Source: an uncultured Spirochaetota bacterium
Lineage (GTDB): Bacteria; Spirochaetota; Brevinematia; Brevinematales; JAOACQ01
Reading direction: 5' to 3'
DNA length: 64,000 nt
Assembly (NCBI GenBank): GCA_963835575.1
Contig: CAWIGG010000002.1
Coordinates: forward strand, 1,184,001-1,248,000
This document shows positions 50,619 to 58,949 of this stretch, in pieces. The notes beneath the pieces were generated by a model. That model made no database searches. It was not told the DNA's origin and saw nothing but the letters and a program-made list of their open reading frames with translations. Position numbers and translations under genes: made by a program. Each line of letters begins with the position of its first letter. Positions within the stretch are counted from its first letter, which is position 1.

Positions 50619-50654
50619 GGACAATTCTAAAAACTTAGTTTTTTAGAACCGCCC
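50619..50654. repeat. Degenerate mini-MITE/REP-like palindrome
   Basis: GGACAATTCTAAAAACTTAGTTTTTTAGAACCGCCC. No TSD visible. Confidence 0.65.
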
Positions 50655-50682
50655 AACATTTTATGCGGCTGTTTGGATGCAA

Positions 50683-52623
50683 TTATTTACCAAACTGCCA
50701 GTAATCAATTACAAAAGAATTGACAACATTTACAGTGAACCGCAAATAAAGGTCATGCACACCGCTTATATTACTGACTGCCGTAGTGATATTGGTCCAA
50801 CCGGAAGTATTGGTAAAAGTCAGGGAACCTATTTTTGAACCGGAACCCTGCGGACTGTCAATCCATATATCAATTCTCCCGCCGGCCGATCCTGCTGATA
50901 CTTTAGCGGTAAAGGTCACTGCTCCGGTGTCAAAATCCACGCTTTTATATTTAATACAGCTTCCATTGATAATATTGCTGACAATGATCTGACCGGCGGA
51001 CAGAGCCAGCGTCTTAATATATCCGTACTGCCGGTTCATAGTTTCAGCCTGAACAACAGAGTAAGGGTCCATATTTTTCAATTTCTCCACCCCGTTGGTC
51101 GTCTGAACTACTCTGATAATCAATCCATCCGTATCGTAGTAAAGCCGGTCCATGCAGACACTTCTATGATACGCCGTGGATGCGCCCTCCAGGGTTGCCA
51201 GTGTCCGGTCATGGTAGAAGATGTACCAATTCGTACCGATCTGACCGATGGATGCATGATTGTTGTTGCCGTAATTGACAGGAGGATTATCCAGAATCGT
51301 ACCTTTATAGACAAAATTGGACATCGGATTGTCGCTTATCATATAATCAATTGTGGCGTTAGGAGCGCCGGAAAAGTCGGTGGAATAGGAGAAGTAATAT
51401 TTTCCATTGTATTTATGCATATAGGAAGCCTCGAAAAAGCGCGGGGCATCAATTGTCAAAGCCGTTCCGGCTGTATCCAGCATATCAGCGCTGAGTTTGA
51501 TTACCCGTGCATTTCCCGGGCCGCCGCCGCCGAAATACATATAGCCCTGCCCGTCATCATCCACAAAAACCGCCGGATCAAAGCAATAAGTAAGATTGGA
51601 AGCTCCGGGAGTATTTCTGGTAATGATAGCATGGCCGACAGGGTCAGTCCAGGGCCCTTTAGGGGATGAGCTGGTAACGACTCCTATGTTATCTCCGCCG
51701 TTGCCGAAATACATATAATAAATATTGCTTCTGCAGACGATGGAAGGCGCATAGGTGTGAAAAGCCCAGGGTACGGTTTCTACTGTTGATACCGGCTCCC
51801 CGAGATCAGTCCAGTTGACCAGGTCATCCGATGAAAAGACGGAAACATCATTTATAACGTACGAGCTCTGACTGTCCAGATCGTGGGAAGTATAAAGATA
51901 GACCCGGTTATTGTAAAATCCGAAAACAGGATCCGCAGTGAATTTCTGGGAGATAATTGGATTCCCGAGATCCATAAACCATTGCGGTATATTTCCGCTC
52001 AGGTCCGGTATACTGCTGGAAGAGGAAGAACTGCCGGTCTGGCTTCCTGACGTCCCGCGAAAATAGGCGGCTTTCAAATCGAATTCCAATACCCCGGTGC
52101 CGTCAAAATGAATGCCCATAAGGCGCGGTATTTCCAAGGCATAGCCTACAATCTGGTTGACCGGAATGACCACCGTATGCCACTGGCCGTCGCTAACAAG
52201 GCCGTAAGGCGTCAGATCATTCCACCCGGGATAATCCGGTTCCAGCTGGATATTCAACTGGGCTGTAGCGGCAGCGAGCCGGATGATGAGGACAAGACTT
52301 CCGTTGGTAAAACGGCTGAAATCGGTTCCGTTTACCGGACCGGTACTATCCGGGTTTAGCTTGACACCGCTGCTTCCGGAAGTCTTATCTGCCCTAATAT
52401 GGACATAATTACTTCCATCAGTATCAACTCTGTTGGAAACGGTTGCCGTTCCCCAGGTATCGATATGGGAATGCGGCATCAATGGAAGACCGTCGCCGTA
52501 AAACGCAAGGATTTCAGCGCTTTGGGATGGTGCAGATGATTTAGAAGCCGAAGAACCGGAGTTTCCTGCCTGGATTGAACATGCCGACAGCAATACAAAA
52601 GCCAGGATACAAAACACTTTCAA
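50683..52623 (-). CDS. Lipoprotein GH43 glycoside hydrolase (arabinofuranosidase/xylosidase-like) with N-terminal beta-domain and C-terminal CBM6 (likely TTG start 52623)
   Basis: AGAGGAG RBS 7 nt before TTG, giving MKVFCILAFVLLSAC. GH43 motifs TADP, FDPAVFVDDDG, FFEAS and NNH. CBM6-like VQAET...VDF...GVHDLYLRF...DYWQF. Confidence 0.88.
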   Translation of the reverse strand: MKVFCILAFVLLSACSIQAGNSGSSASKSSAPSQSAEILAFYGDGLPLMPHSHIDTWGTATVSNRVDTDGSNYVHIRADKTSGSSGVKLNPDSTGPVNGTDFSRFTNGSLVLIIRLAAATAQLNIQLEPDYPGWNDLTPYGLVSDGQWHTVVIPVNQIVGYALEIPRLMGIHFDGTGVLEFDLKAAYFRGTSGSQTGSSSSSSSIPDLSGNIPQWFMDLGNPIISQKFTADPVFGFYNNRVYLYTSHDLDSQSSYVINDVSVFSSDDLVNWTDLGEPVSTVETVPWAFHTYAPSIVCRSNIYYMYFGNGGDNIGVVTSSSPKGPWTDPVGHAIITRNTPGASNLTYCFDPAVFVDDDGQGYMYFGGGGPGNARVIKLSADMLDTAGTALTIDAPRFFEASYMHKYNGKYYFSYSTDFSGAPNATIDYMISDNPMSNFVYKGTILDNPPVNYGNNNHASIGQIGTNWYIFYHDRTLATLEGASTAYHRSVCMDRLYYDTDGLIIRVVQTTNGVEKLKNMDPYSVVQAETMNRQYGYIKTLALSAGQIIVSNIINGSCIKYKSVDFDTGAVTFTAKVSAGSAGGRIDIWIDSPQGSGSKIGSLTFTNTSGWTNITTAVSNISGVHDLYLRFTVNVVNSFVIDYWQFGK

Positions 52624-52706
52624 AAACAGTCTCCTCTTTATTAATATTTTTGCCATTGCAAAAAACCGGACTGCGCCCGCAGGACTCAGTCCGGTCCCTT
52701 TATTTT

Positions 52707-54337
52707 TCAATAAAATGATATATTTGTAGCGTATGCATTGATGTTGAAACTTGCGTTGGCATCGGTCAGTGATGTAATGGTGTTTCCATTAATCTTAAAG
52801 TTGTAAAAACTAACCCCATCGATAGTATTGGTTTTACCATAAGCCGGGCTGTTGGTATCTGTTATCCAGGAATGATCTGTACCGACAAGACGGCATTCCC
52901 TGTTTATATTTGCTGAAATATTGGAAAATATCGTATTGGATATGGAACCAATCCCGAAGGCCGTTCTCCAGTTGATACTCTGGACATCCATATCCAGATC
53001 TATAAGCCGTCCGGTGACATACTCGATCCTGATATTATTAAAAAGGGTGCCTGAAATAACAGCCGTATCATCTGCGTCAATGACCAGCGCCCGGTCGACA
53101 AGAATGACATCCACATCGTCATAGGTGACGTTTGATATGGTATCCCCGATGGTCTTGGTTCCGATCTTGCATGCGCCGTAGCCGAAGCAGACGATCTTCC
53201 GGTGAGTAATGCCGTTCACACTCATATAAGGACCGGTTGTCGGATCGACAGTAGTACCATAGGATTGCCCGTCGGGAATATCATCGCTTTTCACGGCCAT
53301 GCAGTCGTCGCCGTCATAGAGGAAGGCGTTGTAAAGGCTGCAGTTGATGCAGTTGTCAAAGTCAACGCCGTCGGTTTGTTCCATGTTGATGACAGCCGGT
53401 TGTTGATAACTTTATAATTGGTGATGGCGATACCGGTGCTCCGGTAAATCAGGGTGGTCCAGAAGCAGGAATCCCGGGAAATGATGCCTTCGACTATGCA
53501 GTTGGTGCTCCCCTCAATTTTTACAAGGAACATCTTTCTGCCGGAAGATTTCAGAACCTTGCCGTTGCCGTCGATGGTTCCTCTTCCCATCAGCCGGGCA
53601 TTGATGACGCCGTTCATACTGATAAAGCCCTGGCTGCACCCCTCGATTATGACATATCCTGCAGGATTAGCCAGCAGTTCGCCCGAAGTCGTGGCGCATT
53701 CCAGAACAGCCCCATCGGCCAGATACATGGTCATGTTGTTCTTTAGATTGAGGGTTTTGGTGCGGTATGTCCCCGGCGGAAAGTAGAGAATATTCCGTGC
53801 CGCGCCTGAAGCCTGATCAATCGCCCCCTGGATGACCGCAGTCACCAAAGTTCCTCCGGTATTGTCCATCCCCGCATAATCCATGATGTTTGTGACATTG
53901 GCATCACCCGGCTTCGGAGGGCTAACCTCGGCGGGATCAATCAGGATAAAAAGCCGTTCCACTCCAAAGGTCTGTGACTGGAGGACCAGATAACCTGGTT
54001 CGGTTGCCGTGAAAGTTATCGTATTTCCTGAGACAGACAGGCTGATGTTTTTGCTGAGCGGACTCAGGGTATAGCCGGAAGCGGATCCGCTGTTTACGGT
54101 CACTGCCACTGAACAATTGGAGCCGGGCCAGTTTAAACGGACATAATTTACCGGGACATCGTATTTGGAAACCCTTTCAACCGCTGCCGGCGATCCGTTT
54201 ATTGCGACCGAATAAATGGAAGCCGCGGATGTCGAACTGCTTGAGGTTCCATTATTGGAGGATGCCGGATTGACGCTGCAGCCGGTAAAGATCAATAAAA
54301 ACAAAAATATTACATTGATAAACCATTGCTTTTTCAT
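52707..54337 (-). pseudogene. Lipoprotein right-handed beta-helix glycoside hydrolase (GH28-like), 1-nt frameshift near 53378
   Basis: Lipobox FTGC. Motifs IQGAID, LYFPPGTY and GRGTIDGNG, then W-N-[Q]-TDGVD, GDDC and CKIG in the shifted frame. May be a sequencing error. Confidence 0.8.
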
Positions 54338-54377
54338 AATAACTCCTCCTGATTTCCCGGGATTGTAAAATAGCGCA

Positions 54378-54411
54378 ATTGCCGGCGAGTTCTGAATAAA
54401 TCGCCGGCAAT
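54378..54411. other. Intergenic hairpin inside the lipoprotein operon
   Basis: ATTGCCGGCGA-loop-TCGCCGGCAAT. A second hairpin ACCGGACTG...CAGTCCGGT lies at about 52665-52696. Confidence 0.6.
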
Positions 54412-54424
54412 CAATTTAATCTTT

Positions 54425-55087
54425 TTAATTAGTATTCAAAACAACGAGATTGGCAATATCAAACATAATATCCTGACCGTCAGCAGGGCTGAGAAACTGG
54501 ATCCTGACCTTGTCAAAGATCCAATCTCCAGGATTTTTTGCGAAACCGCTATAGGTAATATACTGACCTACTTTAATGGGCACGCTTATATGGCACCATG
54601 TATCAGCAGCTATGACTGATTTATCAAAGTAGCATGAATAAATCGGCGTATAGTCGGCCGTGATGGTATTATAAAACGCGAATTGAACAGCGGTCATCAT
54701 TGATCTGCTTGCGGCAGGAACATAAACATCAAAATTAATGGTGAATTTCTGGTCCTTCATATCAGTCGGTTGTTGTAAATCCCACTGTACTTCAACACCG
54801 GTGGCGCCGTATAAATTCTGCGAATAGGCATGGACCTGAACGCAGCTTTTACCGCCGTTTGTTACAATAATACCGTTGTCGGAAATATTTGGACCTGCGC
54901 CGGAAAGCCTCCCTTTAGACATAAAAAAACTGCCGGCTGAGGCAGCGAAACTCTCATCGACGGCCACTACAGGTTTGAAACTATCGCTAACGATACTGCT
55001 GTTACTGCGGACTGTATTGGAACAAGCCGCCAGGATAGACAAAAGCATTGAAGCAAAAATGCTCAGGAAAATCTTTTTCCTTATCAT
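54425..55087 (-). CDS. Lipoprotein with unrecognised beta-rich domain (paralog 2; likely start ATG 55087)
   Basis: GGAGG RBS, lipobox LAAC, and motifs TGVEVQW, FTINFDVYVP, ADTWCHIS and WIFDKVRIQF. Confidence 0.85.
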   Translation of the reverse strand: MIRKKIFLSIFASMLLSILAACSNTVRSNSSIVSDSFKPVVAVDESFAASAGSFFMSKGRLSGAGPNISDNGIIVTNGGKSCVQVHAYSQNLYGATGVEVQWDLQQPTDMKDQKFTINFDVYVPAASRSMMTAVQFAFYNTITADYTPIYSCYFDKSVIAADTWCHISVPIKVGQYITYSGFAKNPGDWIFDKVRIQFLSPADGQDIMFDIANLVVLNTN

Positions 55088-55341
55088 ATAAATCCTCCAG
55101 CCCGAGGGCTTTTCAAATGTGATCATCATTTCTGTATATTTGAAACAGCAAGATCGGCCAGATAGAACAGGATTTCATTACCGGCAGCGGTATCGAGAGT
55201 TCTTAACTGGATTCTGACCTTGTCAAATATCCAGTCTCCGGGATTGCTGGCAAAACCGCTATAGCTGACATTGCTGCCCCCGGTAGTTGAGACATAACCC
55301 TTAATGTGGCTCCATGTATTGGAGACAACGGAGCTTTCATA

Positions 55342-57042
55342 CAGACTGTGTGAAAAAAGAGAATACATTTATAAGATCAGCCATCTAAAGGTTCCTGCTT
55401 ACTTTAAAGAAGAGCCTGAATAAAAAATTACTGATAATCATTGAAATTCAGACTATATTGCGGCTAATAACTTATCAAAACCAGCAATATTCAGAACTCT
55501 TTTAAAATTATAGATAAATGCCGTGAAATTAAACTCGCTTTTTACTTTATCAATCCCCTTCAGCAAGAAATTATTATAACCAAAATTTCCTTTTATTGTT
55601 CCAAATGGATGTTCTGCCAACTCTTTTCTGATTGCAACAATCTTTTGCCCCAATTCACTTCGGACCTTCTCATCGAATTTATCCATATCTTCCTTTCGCA
55701 CCGATAACTTTACCGTCCTGCCTTCTTTGCTTTTTGTGCATAAATGCTTCTTCTCACAATTCTCGTTCCTGCACTTGAATTCCGCTACAGTAATCCCCGT
55801 GTTTTTATCCTGATATACACTTTGATTATTTAATCGTAATCCTTGCGGACAAATCAACTGGTTCTTCTCTTTATCAATCTTGAAATCTTCTGCCAGATAT
55901 CCTTTTGCCGGGATACTTTCTTTCTGCTGCTCTTTGTACCTGGACTTTTTTTCTTTTTCATCGCGCGGGCTTGGAATATAGATTTCATGACCCCCGTCTG
56001 TAAGCGGTAATATCTCACTTTCGCAATAATATCCGGCATCCAGGACATGTATGGTTTTTAATCCCGGTTCGGCTTCAAGTTCTTTCTTTATTTCTTCAAC
56101 TTTATTAACCATATTTCCCGCTTGATGAACATCATTACTTTCATTGGTTACATCCACCGCGACAATCAATTTATTCTTTTCGTCCACTGCTATCTGCGCG
56201 TTGTACAAAACATCCGTTTTCCCTTTATCTTTCCCAATTCTGCCGTCGGGATCATTCCCGTAAACGATTTCAAGTTCCGGATCGGCCTCAAACATTTTTT
56301 TTATCGCTTCTACTTTTTCTTTTCTTGTCTTGAGGCTGTCCAGCTTTTTTTCAATGTTGCTGGATAAAAACTCAAACTCGTTTTCTTCCGATTTATCATT
56401 TTTATCCAATTCCAAAAGATATTTGTCTATTTTTTCATTAATCTTTTTCTCAACTCCTTCAATGCTTTCCCGCCTATAAATATTACCCAGACTGTTTTGC
56501 CCACTTATTTTCGTTCCATCTGTCGCTGTTAATTTAAATGTCAGCAGTTCTAATTTGCGGCATACTTTCAAAAACTCTTTGAAAATGTTTTTTATGCCCT
56601 TAATATTATCCCTTCTGAAATCCGCTATGGTCTTAAAATCAGGCGCTAAGCGGCAGGTCAGCCATATCAGTTCCGTATTCCTTTTACATTCGTTTTCTAA
56701 TTTCCTCGTGGTCCTGACTTTGTTCAAATATCCGTAAATATATATTTTCAACAATACATCCGCTGTGTAGGATGGACGCCCTTTTTTCGCCTCTTTAATT
56801 TTGAATCCCAACCTCCTGATGTTTAGTCTGCTCACATATGCGTCTATAATTCTTACAGGGTTCTTCTCTTCTATCAAACCATCAATAGTTTCCGCGTAAA
56901 GTACTATCTGGTCTCTTGGCTCTCCTGTTATATGGTTCATCTTACACACCTCAAATTTGATTACATATTATACCTTATTAAAATAAATTTGAGGATTTTT
57001 CTCCGCCTTTATTGTCTTACACCGCCTTTTTCACACAGTCTG
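55342..57042 (-). mobile_element. IS1182 family element, complete
   Basis: Perfect 16-bp TIR CAGACTGTGTGAAAAA. 3-bp duplication ATA at 55339-55341 and 57043-57045. Confidence 0.93.
55453..56940 (-). CDS. IS1182 family transposase (likely start ATG 56940)
   Basis: GRPSY, PDFKTIADFR, DGTK, YNAQ, DAGY and EHPFGTIK. Confidence 0.93.
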   Translation of the reverse strand: MNHITGEPRDQIVLYAETIDGLIEEKNPVRIIDAYVSRLNIRRLGFKIKEAKKGRPSYTADVLLKIYIYGYLNKVRTTRKLENECKRNTELIWLTCRLAPDFKTIADFRRDNIKGIKNIFKEFLKVCRKLELLTFKLTATDGTKISGQNSLGNIYRRESIEGVEKKINEKIDKYLLELDKNDKSEENEFEFLSSNIEKKLDSLKTRKEKVEAIKKMFEADPELEIVYGNDPDGRIGKDKGKTDVLYNAQIAVDEKNKLIVAVDVTNESNDVHQAGNMVNKVEEIKKELEAEPGLKTIHVLDAGYYCESEILPLTDGGHEIYIPSPRDEKEKKSRYKEQQKESIPAKGYLAEDFKIDKEKNQLICPQGLRLNNQSVYQDKNTGITVAEFKCRNENCEKKHLCTKSKEGRTVKLSVRKEDMDKFDEKVRSELGQKIVAIRKELAEHPFGTIKGNFGYNNFLLKGIDKVKSEFNFTAFIYNFKRVLNIAGFDKLLAAI

Positions 57043-57692
57043 ATAGAGAACCGAGTAAACCGGGACATAACTGTGAAGAATAGTATCATAAAATGCCCAC
57101 TGGATACCGTTAACTCCGGTAAAGCCTCCTCCATTAGTATAGGTAACATCGGGGACATAAACATCGAAATCAATGGTAAAATTTTCTCCTCTCATATCGG
57201 TCTGCTGGAATAAATTCCACTGCACCTCCACACCTGTGGCTCCGTTGGCGTTCACTGCATTTGCATGCACCTCAAGGCATGCATGGCCTGCGTTACTGAC
57301 TATCGTGTTATCTCCGGCAAGTGCGCCCCCCTTTGAAAGGTAAAAGCTGCCGGTCGAAACATCGAAATTATTGGTGTAGGCCACAACCGCTGTGAAACCG
57401 GCACTGGAACTGGAACCACCGCCGCCGCCGGAAGATGCCGGTGAGGTTGAACATGCCGTAAAAACCGATATTACTATAATTCCCAATGCAAAAAGAACAC
57501 TTTTCATATTTAAAACCTCCACTCATTATTTTTTTATACTTTTCATCCGCTTAATAACAAAATCAGAACAAAATATTATAATGGCAGGATCAATCATTTG
57601 ATAGGTGCAAAAAGTCGGGTTTAAAAAAATATTCCGAGGAATTTGCTTTATGTTTTTCAATTTTCAAAATTTATTTTAATTTAGTGAACAAC

Positions 57693-57711
57693 CCAGTACT
57701 ATTAGTACTGG
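57693..57711. promoter_or_regulatory. Perfect 19-bp palindrome, candidate operator of the lipoprotein operon
   Basis: CCAGTACTA-T-TAGTACTGG, about 185 nt upstream of the first lipoprotein ATG. Confidence 0.65.
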
Positions 57712-57822
57712 TGGATAAAAGATGATATCTTTTAATTTTCCAGTTTAATTAAATTCAGGAAGATTATCCGCTTGCAGAGTAATTAATGACTGTCTACGCT
57801 TATTTTCAATGCAGTCCAGGTA

Positions 57823-57852
57823 TTCAAAAACTTTCTAAATCAGCCGTGCCCA
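57823..57852 (-). pseudogene. IS91-family transposase remnant
   Basis: WARLI*KVFE, with the Q codon mutated to TAG. Confidence 0.55.
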
Positions 57853-57873
57853 TACCAGATCAGGTTTCTTATT

Positions 57874-58152
57874 GTGCGGAAAGAATTCAATCCGGCATTG
57901 AGTGATTCCGCCGTTAATGAATGCTTTGGTTTTTCGGACTGTGAAGCAGAGATTACAGCCAGACTCATTAAGGGAATGAGCTATAACAGCATCAGGCAGA
58001 GCCTCTTTATCAGCCTGGACACAGTCAAGACTTATGTCAATAGAATCTACCGTAAAACCGGCATCAGTAAACGGCAGGAACCGCAAAGGGTATTGCAGAA
58101 TGACGTAAGAGAAAGGAAATATTTTTTCCGGGGCCGGAAAAACTGTTCATGA
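57874..58152 (+). pseudogene. Isolated LuxR-type HTH fragment
   Basis: FSDCEAEI..LIKGMSYNSI..SLFISLDTVKTYVNRIYRK. No sensor domain and no clear RBS; abuts the IS91 remnant. Confidence 0.6.
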
Positions 58153-58156
58153 TCTT

Positions 58157-58834
58157 TTAAGCCCCGCAGTTCTTTTTTACCAGATCATAAATAAATCGGG
58201 CGGTAATGCCCCAGATGATCTCGTCCTGCCAGCGGTATAGATAAATCGCCTGGACGGCATTACCCCAAGGTTTTGAGTAGTATTCAGGGAGGTTCAGTTC
58301 CCTGGCCGGAAAGAGAATGATTTCTTTGCCGTCTTTATCAGTATAGGAAGGATGCACCATGAGACGGGCTTTGTATATTTCAGGTTTATTATTTTCAAAA
58401 TAGGAAACGGGAACGGTAAACACCTTCTCCACCTCTTTATGATTAATAGACAGTTCCTCCAGGTTTTTTGTTTTCGCCAGCCCGACAAAACCGTCTATTG
58501 TCGCGCCCATTGAAGCCACAACTGTATCAACACAGCCGATGATTTCAATTTTATTGCCCGGAATGCCCAATTCCTCGGTTGTCTCCCTGAGGGCCGTATC
58601 CCTGAAATTCCTGTCCATCGCCGGGTCGAACATCCCGCCCGGAAAGCAGATTTCGCCGCCATGCCTGACCTGCTCCGATCTCTTTTGAAAAATAAAATGC
58701 AATTCGCCTTCAATTTTCATCAGCAGTATCAGGACCGCCGTATTGATATATTCATCCCTGCCGTTGATGCCGGGACATGCGGGCAGTTTTTTCTTTAAAA
58801 AATCCAGTTTTTCTTTAAGCAAAATGAACCTCAT
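58157..58834 (-). CDS. Nudix hydrolase, CoA pyrophosphatase family
   Basis: AVLI, R..HGGEICFPGG, ALRETTEELG and IWGITA. Confidence 0.9.
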   Translation of the reverse strand: MRFILLKEKLDFLKKKLPACPGINGRDEYINTAVLILLMKIEGELHFIFQKRSEQVRHGGEICFPGGMFDPAMDRNFRDTALRETTEELGIPGNKIEIIGCVDTVVASMGATIDGFVGLAKTKNLEELSINHKEVEKVFTVPVSYFENNKPEIYKARLMVHPSYTDKDGKEIILFPARELNLPEYYSKPWGNAVQAIYLYRWQDEIIWGITARFIYDLVKKNCGA

Positions 58835-58949
58835 ATATCAATTTAATCTTAATCATAGTCCATAAACTTTCTTTTATCAATAAAACCCTTTCATTTTTTT
58901 GCAAAAAAAAGTGTTCTATTTTAATCTAAAAAAGAGGGGACATTTTACA

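Larger units (their letters stand above)
55126..57507 (-). pseudogene. Lipoprotein with unrecognised beta-rich domain (paralog 1), interrupted by IS1182
   Basis: 57507-57043 (155 aa, lipobox FTAC) plus 55338-55126 (70 aa) join in frame as YSVLY-ESSVVSNTW, matching paralog 3 YSVYY-TSSVVADTW. Confidence 0.92.

Noticed and set aside
52624..52710. Longer starts from the ORF track for the GH43 gene (and similarly grpE, DUF58, ridA, uvrB and the regulator)
   Set aside because: The extensions overlap hairpins, promoters or IS ends. Downstream starts have an RBS and/or give proper signal peptides or family N-termini.
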